From the NCBI RefSeq assembly GCF_032191835.1, contig NC_083228.1, positions 101,060,001-101,124,000 of the forward strand: a stretch of DNA of 64,000 bases, read 5' to 3'. Shown piece after piece: positions 27,301 to 40,900 of this stretch (its first letter is position 1; the number at the start of each line of letters is the position of its first letter). The stretch comes from Heteronotia binoei (taxonomy: Eukaryota). A program made the position numbers and the translations under genes. The notes beneath the pieces are model-generated. The model was not told the origin of the DNA and ran no database searches. It saw only the letters and a program-made list of their open reading frames with translations.

Positions 27301-30300
27301 GGGTCCTCCACGGGATTTAATCTGGCACTGGCTGGGGGGATGAGGAAATGAAGACTATATTCAGGAGAACTGCACTGCTGTATTTTTATTTATTTATTTT
27401 AGGGGACGGGAAAGTCTCCTGGCTCTACTCCCAACGTCTCCTGGCTCCACCCCAAGGCTCCAGATATTTTCTGAGTTGCACCTGGCAACCCTAACAAATT
27501 CACGTAAACCTGTTTCGTTGCTTCACAAGTGGCTGGGATCAGGTCATTTGGGGATTTGGAGCATCTTCAGTTCCCATTACACAAGCCATCTCAGATATAG
27601 ATTTCAAATATAATGTATTAAGTGGTCTGGAATAAGCATATTGTAAGTATTCCTGTTCTCCTTTCCTATGACAATTACAGGTATTTGTCCAACACAGGCT
27701 GGAGAGCAACATAACATTTTTATTAGGTGGTAGCATAGACCCTACGGCCACTTTATAAAACAAATATGGTTGTAGGGTTGCCAGTTCTGGGCTAGGAAAT
27801 ACCTGGAGATTTTCAGGGTACAGCCTGAGGAAGCCAGGGTTTGGGGAGGGGAGGGGCTTCAATGGGGTCTGATGCCATATTGTCCACAACCCAAAGTGAC
27901 CATTTTCTCCAGGTGAACTGACCTTGGTCACCTGGAAATCAGTTGTAATAATGGAAGATCTCCAGCCACCACCTGAAAGTTGGCAACCCTATGTTGACCC
28001 ATTAAAGTATGGGGAGGTGAAGGTGTGGAGCTGCCAGATACTGCGTCAGGCAATTGGTTCATCTAATCCAGCACTGTCTCTGAATTCTTTGGAATAGGTG
28101 TTTCCCAGCCCTGATACTGGAGAAGCCAGGGACTGAACTGGGAACCTTCTTGATACACACTACAGAATAGATAAGGCTTTTTTAAAAAGTAAAAATATTT
28201 ATCCTGTACATAACTTTGAATCCATAAGAGAAAAACTACTGACAATTAAAAGACTATAAAAGACATTACAAAATGTATACATAGAGTAAATACATAATAA
28301 CCCTAACCCCTTCATATGTTATGATATGCACAGAAGACATCCAGCATTCATGTGGTGAATATGTCTGCCACATAAAGCTGAACCAGTCATACCTTAACAA
28401 TTTAAGGATCAAAAGCCTGTTAGCCATAAATATGTGACGTCATAAATATGTCACAAAATCTGCCAACAAATGAAAATCCAGTAAAGGAAAATAAGCAGGT
28501 GAGTAATTTAGTCAACCTGTTTTTATTACAAAATAACCAGAAACACTGTCACCTGGCAATCCTTGATTTCCTACAGGACCTCTCTTCCCAGGCTGGCCAA
28601 TGTGAGGAGACTGATCACCTCTGCTACCTGTACAAGTTAAAAATGGAGACTGCTCATAAGCGAGATATATACCATACCCAATAGGTGAACAAGTTTCGCA
28701 CTTTATGTTAACAAAAATATATACATGGCCACAATATCTCCAAAACTGTGGATGACTGCTCCCCCCCCACCCCCCGAACAGTATAAAGGAAGCAGTCAGA
28801 GCCCTGCCACAGGAGGAGGAATCATAAATTTCCCTTCTATGGAAATTTCTACTGGATCCAACACATTTTGTTTTTTTCAGACCTCCAAACACCATTTAAA
28901 AATTACTTTCATATCAGGCCCTCCAACATAGCTTGTCAAAAAGTGCATTGTTTTGAATTTTTAATTGCTTTGCATTTTGATTTTTAAAGGATTTATCCTG
29001 GGGGGGCTCTTTCCAGATTGTTCCTGTTTTAAGTTTATTTCCTGGCATTCTTCTGGTTCTGATTTTACAGTTCCGTGGTTATTTTGAAGGTTTTTTTTTT
29101 TTTTGCATTGTGTTTTCTGGGGTAGTGATTTTTAGGGTATTCCTATTAGTTTTGAAAATTTGTTCTGAAAGAAATTTCTGGTTAGGTGCTAATAATAGTT
29201 AAATGTAGGTGATTATTTAGGGATTAAAAATACAAATTTCAGTTTAGGATTTAGTGTTTCTTTTCCCTCCCCCAAATGAGGCTTTTGTTGGCCAGTTTGG
29301 TATAGTGGTTAAGTGTGTGGACTCTTATCTGGGAGAATCGGGTTTGATTCCCCACTCCTCTACTTGTAGCTGCTGGAATGGCCTTGAGTCAGCCATAGCT
29401 CTTGCAGGAGTTGTCCTTGAAAGGGCAGCTGCTGTAAAAGCGCTCTCAGCCCCACCTACCTCACAGGGTGTCTGTAGTGGGGGTTAGGGTAAAGGAGACT
29501 GTGACCGCTCTGAGATTCAGAATATAGGGCAGGATATAAATCCAATATCTTCTTCTAAAATAAGAATAAGTCAGTGGTTTAAAAATAATAACTGGAGCTT
29601 AGGGCCAATTTGAAAAAAAAATTAGGCTGGCCTGAGCAGGGCCGGATCTAGGGAGGGGGCAGAGGGGGGTGCTTGCCCCGGGCACCGATGGAGGGAGGGC
29701 GCCGAATTGACTATGGAGTCCATTGTATTCTATGAGACCATGAGATAGAATGGCCCATAAGGGGGTGCCATTTTTTAATTTTGCCTCCCCTCAACATGTA
29801 GATTCGGTCCTGGGCCTGAGCTTCAAAACAATTGAAACCAGGTGCATTTGGGGGGAAAGGCAACTGCAGATTAGCAGCGGGTGGGAAAAGTCAATGGCAG
29901 CAGGTTAATAAGTCAGTTTCAACAGCAAGTTTGTTAGTGCTCTGAGTCAGAGTACAGTGTAGCCTAGTGTAGCACTGGTTAAAGTTGCCAGGTTCTCCTG
30001 GGCCACCAGGGGATGGCCAGATTCAGGTTGGGAGACTCCTAGGGATTTGAGGATGAAGCCTGTGGAGGACAGGAACCTCAGTGAGGTACAATATCATAGA
30101 GCAGGGGTGGCCAACGGTAGCTCTCCAGATGTTTTTTGCCTTCAACTCCCATCAGACCCAGCCAGCATGGCCAATGGGTTGGGGCTGATGGGAGTTGTAG
30201 GCAAAAAACATCTGGAGAGCTACCGTTGGCCACCCCTGTCATAGAGTACACCATCCAAAGCATCCATTTTCTTCAGAGGAATTGATCTCTGTAGTCTGGA

Positions 30301-33300
30301 GATCAGCTGTCACTCCAGGGGATCCCCAGGTTCCACATGGAGCTAGCTTACTTTGGTGAACTAGTCCAGGGGGACAGGATGACAAATAGGAGGGAAGTGC
30401 AGTGGGGCCCAGGGAGAAGACTAAGCAGAAGTGTAGTAAAGCAAAGAGAATGGGGAGAACTGCATCTTTCCCCAGACCAGTGTGGAGCACTGCCGCAAGG
30501 CAGTCTTCTCCTACCCCATCCTCTGGGGTGGTACAATGAAAAGGCCTGCTTCCTTGAAGCTACTGATGGACAGCTGCTTACAGAGGTGCCTGAAGTAGAT
30601 ACTGGCACCAGGCTGTTGTTTAGCCTGATCTCCTCCAGCTGTTATGACTCTGCAGCAGCACAAGGAGCAACCTGAGATGTCTTTGGGGTTGAACTTGGGG
30701 AATAATAAGCTTTGGATCAGAATTATAATCTTTTGTTTCCAATAAATTATTCCTGGTTATATGCTTATCTTTTCTAATGCATGTACCAGAAATGTACCAA
30801 AAAAAGTATTTCTATGTATTCATTAGATCTTTTGTCATTGTACCATTACCTTTACGTCCTCTTGCACCATCAAATCCTGGTTTTCCCAAAATACCTGGTA
30901 GTCCCTGTGCACCCTGATTATTTTAATAAAAGAAATTGTGTGCATTAGTTATACTATATAAAATAGGGACATTCTGTAACAACATCTGTTTTGTCTCTAA
31001 TCCCTGTGAACAAAATGTATATTGTACTAGTTTAATAATATTTATGTGCTAAATCCTGAAATAATAATAACAGCAGCAGCAACAACAATTGTTGTTAGTT
31101 AATACAAATAATATAATTAGAGTAATATGCTGGATAGTCTGAGGAGCTAAAAGGTCTTGCAACTGAATTATGTAGATAATTCTGACTGACATTTATTCTA
31201 TGTTTGCTCGTGCAGCACCATCTGGAGGAACAATGCATAAATGTGACAGGAGAATAGATTTCATTGATTGACTCTTAAATTCCTGAAAGGCTTGCATATA
31301 TGGATGGGAAAGAGTTACTACAGCATCAGACTTCACTGGCATTCATCAGGGCTTTACATCCTTGTAATACTATTAATATACTGTGAAAATGCTTTAAGCC
31401 TTCCTCCTGACAGGCCCCTGTCTCAGTCTTCCTGGCTCTCACCCTATTTATGCCATTGTGTTGGCACTGTCCCAGATCACCTAAATTATGATATGACCCC
31501 AGCAGACTTTATTGGCATGGTATACCAGCTACCTATTTTTTAAAAAAACCCAAAGCATTGTCCAAATGTCGTGAGGAACAGTTTCAGTACTTGGAAAGTA
31601 CAAGCAATGGTAGAAATGTCTTCTAAACGACATGGTCTAAATTCTGTTCTTGTATGCTGTTGTATAATTTCATTGACTCTGGAGGCAATAAGACTACAAA
31701 TCAATGCAATTTCTACACTGTACACAGTGAATAGCTCACTGGATGTAAATACAGGTCAGAAAAGAAAATGGATTAGCTTCCCTAAATAGAATTTTTTTGG
31801 GGGGGGAGGGGGCAGAAATCAGTGCTGGCTTTAATGCTTAAGCATAAAGGAAATCAAAAGAATACTACAAGTTAAGTAATAACAGAACATTCATCATTTG
31901 TTAATGGTCTGGACTTTTGCTATACGGCATTCATTTACTCTTTATTACATAAAGAAGCTAAACACCAGTGTGGTTTAGTGATTAAAGTGTTGGACTAGGA
32001 TCTGGGAACCCAGGTTTGAATCCCTAATTTGTCATGGAAGTTCGTTGGGTGACCCTGGGCACATCACCACTCTGAACACACAATGTTGTTGTGAGGCTAA
32101 AATATAGGGAGAAGAGAACAATGAAAGCTGATTTGGATCTCCACCTGAAAGAAAATAAATAAACTGGATATAGAGCACATTAAAGAAACACGGCTAATAC
32201 AGCAAGCCACAGAATAGTTGTGATAATGTTAAAAGGTGAATTAGCAAATCTATTTATTGTTTACTGTAATTTTGAAGATGTCATGCCCCATACTCTCTGG
32301 GAAGCTTTTCATTTTGAACTCACCACCAGCAACAGCTAACTATCATGTCCTCAGACTGACTGTCTGGAACTGAAAAATTAATTTTTAAAAATAAAACCAT
32401 TGGGATCTCAGGCTCTTTATCTATCTTTTCCAGCATACCTGCTCACCCTGCTGTCCTTGAAAACCAATGATTCCTCTCAGTCCTGGAATTCCAGGTGGGC
32501 CTGGCAGCCCTTGCAAACCAATCTGACCAGCATCACCGGGTTCACCCTTTTGCAGAAGTCCACTTCTGCCTGGCAATCCTGGCATTCCTCTGAATCCAGG
32601 GCTGCCTTTGTCACCTGAAATTATTCCAAGCATTTGTTATAAATTATGTTTTGTAGATAACTCATAGCAAAAAAAAATCTAAACTATAAAACTTGAAATT
32701 GAAAGGATTCTTTATCTAGTACAGGGTTTCCCAAACTTTTCTTTCCCGTGGGCCGGTTATTTTTACACTTCTCCTTCGTGGCCCTCCTTCATGGAGGTGG
32801 AGCCAGGAGACTTTGGGGGTGGAGCCGGGAGACAGGAATTATGTCATTTCCTGTGACGTCAAGGACCCAGTGATGTCACTTCCAGGGCACACTGAACCAA
32901 AACTCCACCTTTTCCTGTGATGTCACTTCCAAGGCACTCCCCCAAACCTGCCTCTTCTTCAGAAGTAAATTCATTTTCAGAAAAATCTCTCTGAAACTCA
33001 TGCTGAGCCAAAATGGGGGTGGAAAGTGGGCGGTCCTCTCTTTTCACCCCCACACCTGCATGCACCTATCTGTTTGTGTATTCTTCTCCAGCTTGCAAGC
33101 ACTCCTAATTCCCATGTGCAATTGCCTGCACCACCTACACATCCCTTCCTCAACAGCACTGGCCAGTGTATGCAATTGGGAGCGCTGTTGCCATTGCCAT
33201 CAGGAGTGCCAGCACTGTGTACCACCCACACTGGGCCCTGGCAGCTGCTCTAACTCAAAATATGCTGACACATTTAGAAGGCCCTTCCTTCAGCTGCCAC

Positions 33301-36300
33301 TACTGGATCCCTGCCTCAAGGTACAACCAAGCTTGCTTGGTTTCAAGAAAATCTTTTGACAACTATTTTTCATACTTTTCTTTGGTTGAAACACAGGGAA
33401 ATTGCTGTGAAAGGTAGCAGAGAATTGTATTGCAATTAATGAATTAATTTCAAGTTATATGAAGTTCATACAAGCTTTTCCGCAGTTATCCCAAAAAGGA
33501 TATTTATGAGGGGCTTGCAGCTTTTTACTGGCTGTGTTTCCCATGCCTTTAAAAGCAACCTGTTGTGCAGATACTTAGCCAGTGAACTACTTTCATCCTT
33601 TTTAATATCTACAGGAGGAGTTTAATTTTGGTGTCAGACAGCTGTTAAAAGCAAGACCAGTAAAATGGTGCCAAGTTCATAGTACCATCTCTTCCGGTGC
33701 TGTTGTGATATACCGCAGTAATCTCCAATAATCTCTTTCTGCCCCACACCTCTCTCACTCACTCACACAGAAATCTCATAGAAGGCCACCTGACTACAAC
33801 TGGGGGTGCCAGCTTTTCATTGGCAGAGCTCCTATGTCTGCAACAACAGTTTGAAGAACAGAAAAGTTTCACCCAGTAAAAATGGAAGGAAAGAAAGAAA
33901 GGGAAAGAATGAAATGGAAGGAAAGGAAAGGAAAAGAAAGACATGGAAAGAAAGAACATAAACATAAGAGGAACCATGTTGGATCAGATCAGTGGACTAT
34001 CCAGTCCAAAATTCCCTCAAACAATGCCCCCGAAAAAAAACAGAATGTGCACCAGTGGGGCTAGGGCACTAGAAGCCCTCCCACTGTTGCCTCCCCCCCT
34101 CCCAGCACCAAGAATACAGACNNNNNNNNNNNNNNNNNNNNNNNNNNNNNNNNNNNNNNNNNNNNNNNNNNNNNNNNNNNNNNNNNNNNNNNNNNNNNNN
34201 NNNNNNNNNNNNNNNNNNNNNNNNNNNNNNNNNNNNNNNNNNNNNNNNNNNNNNNNNNACCCCAGCCAGCAAAAATTCTGCCAGGGGTTGTTTGGAAAAA
34301 AAAAATAGCTATTGGAATGCCCACTCCCCACCCCTCCCGGCTGAAAAAAAACTTACACAGCCTTCTTTGCCACCCAGGCCTCCCCGGGAAATCTCCCCAA
34401 AACAACATAATGCAAGGCACATGAAAGATCATACCTTGAAGAACACTTCATGGGTCTAAAGTGCCAGTGGATGCTAGCTTTTCTCTCAAACACTGGGAGT
34501 GGGGGAGAAGGAAGGAGAGGCAACCCAGCTCCTCTCTGCACAACACAGAAATGGGGCGGGGCTAGCTTTGCTGGGGGTGGGGCTAGCTTTGGCTTTTCTT
34601 ATGACCCAGTAGTGAGGCTTCCGTGGCCCGGTACCGGGTCACGACCCTGCAAATAGGAAACACTGATCTAGTACACTTTGCACAATTCCTAAATAGTACA
34701 TTTCCTAGTTGCTTAACTGTGGGTTTTGAGTACCTTCCAAAACCAGGTACCACCTGGAAGACATTAGAGTCTGAACTAAATATTTCATCCCGTGTAGCTT
34801 AGAAAACAGAATGTCTTCTTACCCTGTGTTCCTAGTAAACCTTCTTCACCAGGAAGGCCTGGCTCCCCATTTTGTCCTTTCTGAGCCAATAGAACAACAC
34901 AGCCATCTTCACCTGGAACTCCTCTTTCGCCTTACAAGAAGAATGCAAGAAGAATGTATGCTAATATTTTTCATTATAACTATAAATAAAAACTCTTTGT
35001 TGGGATCCAGATCCTGGCCTGTCTTGTACTTCTGAACAGATAGCATATTCTGCATATTTAGCTATTTCAAGGAGAGGGAATTGCCTGCCTTTGCTGATTT
35101 AGGGAGCACTCTGACTGAGTAGCTAAAATACAGAGGGAGCTTGCAGGAGCTGACAGGAGGGCAGGCATATAATTATTGTCTACCCACCTCACCGATGTTT
35201 GGCTGAAGACTTCTTGCTCCTTGTCTCACTTCTGTGTTCAATAGAACAGAAGAAAGGAGAAAACAAAGAGAAAAGAAAGTGCAGGACCTGTTTAGGAGAT
35301 CCCTTAAATGGGGGGGGGGGGGCGGAAACACTCCTCTATGCCCCAAAGATTGCTATTTAGGCAATAAGCAGAACAAAACAGCCTTTCTGTAGATGCATAC
35401 TGGAAAGAAAGAAGAAACATACATTTTCTTGCAGCAACATACAGCATAGATTAGAACAGGGGTGGCCAAACTGTGGCTTGGGAGCCACATGTGGCCTTTT
35501 CACACATATTGTGCGGCTCTCAAAGCCCCCACTGCCCTGTTGCCTGGCCTGGAGAAGGAATTTCTCTCCTTAAATCACTTCTCCAAGCCAAGCCAACCAG
35601 CAGCTTAGAAAATAGAATGTCTTCTTACGCTGTGTTCCTAGTAAACCTGTATTTAAAGTTAAAGTTGTTTTCTTTCCACCTCTCCCTCCCTCCTACCTCC
35701 CCTCCATCTTCCTTCCTTCCTCTCCTGTGGCTCTCAAACATCTAACATTCATGTCTTGCAGCTCTCAAACATCTGATGTTTATTCTATGTGGCTCTTACA
35801 TTAAGCAAGTTTGGCTACCCTTGGATTAGAACATGGGAGAAGTATAAGATGGGACAGCTAAAAGAGCAGATGGCACACCTCTTATATCTATGGATGAGCT
35901 GCCACTTGTTTTATCAAGACAATCACAACAGCAAGCACATGACCACAATGCTAAAATAGACATATGGTGTTTTTATTTTATTAATTTCTTTAGTGTATAT
36001 CCTATGCTTCTATGCTACTACGACACAGGACAGCTAATTACTTGTAATACACAGGATATGATTGGATGCATTAAAAAAAGACTTGGGTGCTGTACTGTGT
36101 TCCTTCAATAGAGAACTGAAACTATATTAGCATTTAAGTCTTAACAGACTTAAGTTAAGTTATACACACAATTAAATTATTACTTATTGAAAATTCTTTC
36201 CAAAGAGGCTTGGTAAAACAGTTAATTTTGGCTTGGAGAAAATTCAATGAGCAGCAGAAACAGTTATTTACAACTACATACCTTTGGAGCCCTTAGACCC

Positions 36301-37913
36301 ACATTCTCCAGGAGGGCCATGCTGACCTGTCTGTCCTTGTTCACCGTTTATACCAGGAACTCCCTTCTCTCCTTGTTTTCCTGGTAGCCCTAGGAAACCT
36401 TGCATTCCTTGGGATCCTTTGCTTCCTTAACAGAAATATTTAGATAATAGTGAAATTAAATAATATAGTACTGAACTGCTGAGTCTATAATGTCACAGAA
36501 AGTTCATGCTATAATTTATTTATTTAGTTAATTTCTATTCCGCCCTATCCCGCAAGCAGGCTCAGGGTGGATTACAACAATTTAAACAAGTAACAATGAA
36601 CAATAAAAATTAGGAATGAATTTAAACAGTTAAAACAATTAAAATTACTCCATTTCAATTGGAAGACAATTAATTGAGCCATAATACAGACAGAGCTGGA
36701 ACTGATGACTTCTCAGTAGGCCTGATAGAAAGTGGAATACCATAGCAAGGAAGGCCAAACTCAGACCAATTTCGCACTCACCTTACTCCACCCTCACGTC
36801 TGTCTTCTGCGTGTGGCGTCCTCCCGATTTCCCACTATTTGTGCCAGGGCTGCAGCAAACATCGCAATTTTTGCACAGCAAATGGAAACGGCTAAAAACC
36901 AATTTCCGTTTGCTGCAGCCCCAGAAACCGTTTGCTGCAGCCCCAACACAAATAGTGGGAAATCGGGAGGACATCGCATGGAGAAGACAGATGTGAGGGT
37001 GAAATAAGGTGAGTGCAAAATCAGTTTCAATGTACTGTGGGCATCCGTTGCCTCACTTAAAGGCCTCGTGGAACAGCTCCGTTTTACAAGCCCTACAAAA
37101 ACTTAGCAGATCAGGGCTCTAATCTTTAACGGAAGCATGTTTCACCAGGCCAGAGCAAGGGCAGAAAATGCCCCGGCTCTAGATGAGGCAAGACAGATGT
37201 CCTTAGGGCCGGGGACAACCAGCAGATGGTGATTAATAGAAAATAAAGTCCTTCAGGGCAAATATAGGGAGAGGCAGTCCCTCAGATATGTTGGTCCCAA
37301 GCCAAGCAGGGCTTTAGGACACTGCAGGACTCTATTTTTTTCTTGCTATGACTAAGTCTTCAACTTTATTCAGGTTTAACAGCCCATAAGCCATAAACCG
37401 AGAAAAAACAGTGAAGAAAAAATTGACCACATGAATTGTACAGGCTTTACAAAAGAAATGGTCTTAATTTGAGGTATCAAAAGGGACTGGAAATTTTAAC
37501 ACTGTAATGTACTCAGTGACAAGACGTGTTGAAGGCAACATACTTTATTAGTGGGTACATCACAAGAGGGACAATGGCGGGCCAGGTCCCGATTATATAC
37601 ATGCCCTGGAACAACCCTCTGTGAGGCCAGGTCCAATCCTGGTCAGTTAAACTTCCCGCCAGAGATCTTGATTGGCGGTGCGTATTAGCGAGCTACATCC
37701 GGGGACCAGTGGGGTTCCACTGGTCGCCTCTGTAGCGTGCGCTGTGCTATACATAGGGATTAGAATGCAGGACATAAAAACAATTCTCAAGAAATGTCTC
37801 ACTGGCAACAGTCTGTTTAAAATAGAGAAAAACATGTAAGAATGAATGAACCATTGACAAGGAATGATCACAAAAAGGAATCCCAGCAAAGTGCCACTTC
37901 ATGTGTAGTGCAT

Positions 37914-37964
<51 letters not shown>

Positions 37965-40900
37965 TTTTATTTCTATCCCGCCCTCCCCGCCGGAGCAGGC
38001 TCAGGGTGGCTCACAACAGAAAACACACATTACATCAATTATACTTATAAAACATGGTTAAAACAATTACAAATTATTAAAATTAACTTAACAATATGGC
38101 GTTATAAACAGGTTTCAGTAAATTTCAGAGAGTAAAAGCATTTCAAGAATAAAAGCATTTTCAGCAGCCTACCTAGTTTGTCACTAGTTTTCCACTAGTT
38201 GAAGGCCATCTTGAAGAGGTGGGTCTTGCAGGCCCTACGGAATCCATCTAAACATCGTAGGGCCCTCACCTCCTCAGGGAGTTGATTCCACAGTAATGGA
38301 GCGGTAATAGAGAAGGCCCAGTCCCGGGTGGCCTTCAGTCTGGCCTCCCTTGGCCCAGGGATATTCAACTGGTTTTTCCCAGATGACCTCAGTGCCCTCT
38401 GGGGCTCATATGGGGAGAGACGGTCCCTTAGGTAGGTAGGTCCTCGGCCATATAGGGCTTTAAAGGTAATAACCAGCACCTTGTAGCGAACTCGGTATGC
38501 CACTGGCAACCAGTGCAGCCCGCGCAGCCCCGGCTGTATGTGCTCCCACCTTGGGAGCCCCAGCAACAGTCTAGCCGCCGCGTTCTGCACCAGCTGCAGC
38601 CGCTGAATTCGGCACAAGGGCAGCCCCATGTAGAGGGCGTTGCAGTAGTCCAGTCTCGAGGTGACCGTAGCATGGATCACCGTTGCTAGGTCGCGGCGCT
38701 CCAGGAAGGGGGCCAACTGCTTCGCCCGTCGAAGATGAAAGAACGCGGACTTAGCAGCGGCCGCTATCTGTGCCTCCATTGATAATGAAGGCTCCAGAAG
38801 AACCCCCAGGCTCTTGACCTTGTGTGCCGCTTTAAGCTGCACACCGTCAAGAACTGGCAAGGGGATTTCCCCTCCCAGGGCACCGCGACCCAAGCACAGG
38901 ACCTCTGTCTTCGTTGGATTCAGCTTCAGCCTGCTTAGTCTGAGCCAGCCTGCCACGGCTTGCAATGCTAGGTCCAGGCTTTCTGGGACGGAGCCAGGCC
39001 GGCCATCCATTAGTAGATAGAGTTGGGTGTCATCAGCGTATTGATGGCACCCAAGCCCAAACCTCCAGGCAATCTGGGCAAGGGGGCGCATATAGATGTT
39101 AAACAACATCGGGGATAGAACTGCCCCTTGTGGCACCCCGCATGCTAGTGGGTGCCTCCGGGACCGTTCCCCCCCAATGGCCACCCTTTGTCCCCGTCCT
39201 TCGAGGAAGGAGGAAAGCCACTGTAAGGCCAATCCCCCAATCCCCGCGTCGGCGAGCCGGCGGGCCAGTAACCGATGATCAACCGTATCAAATGCGGCCG
39301 ACAGATCCAGCAATATCAGCACCGCCACGCCGCCTCGATCCAGATGCCGCTGGAGGTCATCCACCAAGGCGACCAGCACTGTCTCCGTCCCATAACCCGG
39401 ACGGAAGCCGGACTGGTGAGGGTCTAAGGCGGAAGTGTCATCCAAAAAACTCTGCAACTGTAACGCCACTGCCCTCTCTATAACCTTACCTAAAAATGGT
39501 AGGTTCGAGACTGGCCAATAATTTGCCAATTCGGCCGGGTCTGCTGTACTCTTTTTTAGGAGAGGGCGGACCATGGCCTCTTTCAAAGATGTTGGAAATT
39601 GCCCTTCCAAGAGGGATCTATTTATGATATCCCGTATAGGATATCTAAGCTCCCTCTGGCAGGATTTTAATTAGCCAGGAGGGGCATGGGTCAAGGTCAC
39701 AAGTTGTAGGGCGTACAGTTGAGAGGACTTCGTCGACTTCCCCAAGACTAAGCGCGTCGAAGTGATCCAAGATAACATCAGAAGACAGGCACGGAGCCCC
39801 GGGTTCATCTACTGCGTTCAATGTGGCAGGAAAGTCCTGGCGGAGCGACGAGATTTTATCTGCAAAAAATTTCGCAAAAGCCTCACAGCCTATTTCCAAT
39901 TCTCTCATATTTGGTCTGCCTTGGGGCAGAGTGGTCAAATTCTCAATTAACTTAAATAATTGTGCTGGGCGCGAATTTGCAGATGCAATCCTAGCTGCAA
40001 AGTATTCCTTCTTTGCGGCTTTGACTGCCATCTCATAAGACTTCATAAATGTTCTGTAGGATGTTCTCGTCGCTTCGTCACGAGTATGCCGCCACCGCCT
40101 CTCTAGTCGTCTGAGTCCCTGTTTCAGTTGGCGTAGCTCCGAGGTATACCAAGGAGCCAGCCTACTTCGGGGGCGCAGAGGACGCCGGGGTGCAATTTCG
40201 TTGATGGCCCTGGATAACCTGTCATGCCAGGTATTACAGCATGAACGTGTACATAACTCTTAATTTAGGTATCATAAACATGCAAAGACAAAATGGAAAT
40301 TCAAATTTTGCTAAATTTTGATTCCCAGATACAGCAGGAGAGCATTTTCATCTAGACTGTGGACTAGTGCCAATTCACATGTCCTTAGGAAGACCTTGTG
40401 ACCCCGACATGGTGACAATGAGTGCTTTTTTTTTTTTTAGTTTTTAACTTTTTTATTACATTTAACAACAACAATAACAATATATATATATATACACAAA
40501 ACATAAACTTAGGGATGTAGACAGCGGGATGCATTATATACTTATATCATTAGAATACAAATCCTTTGTTCTAACCTAAACCAAATCATACATACTACAG
40601 TTAACCCCTTTTTACACTATATTCTTATTATCTTTCCCCCATAACCATTCATACAATAAGTTCCATTTCCCCTCTGTTTGTCTATTTGCTAATTTCTTCT
40701 CTTAATATCTCCATCAGAGTATCTACCTCAGCTCAGTCTAGAACCAACCAAAAATACTTTCTTTCTTCTACACTGTGATCCAAAAGAACATTTGGCATTT
40801 CAAGTCATCTTACTTTATTTATAAATTACACAGTATCAATTTAATTCCCTGCAACAACAACAACAAAAACCCCCCAGCAAGTTTGGAATACACTTTAATA

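Noticed and set aside
13765-27492. Inverted SINE/MITE pairs flanking exons as circular-RNA drivers
   Set aside because: Complementary stretches are short and diverged, and have competing partners; not supportable without expression data.
37503-37782. Confirmed solo LTR
   Set aside because: No TSD for any TG...CA boundary tried; kept only as a low-confidence feature.
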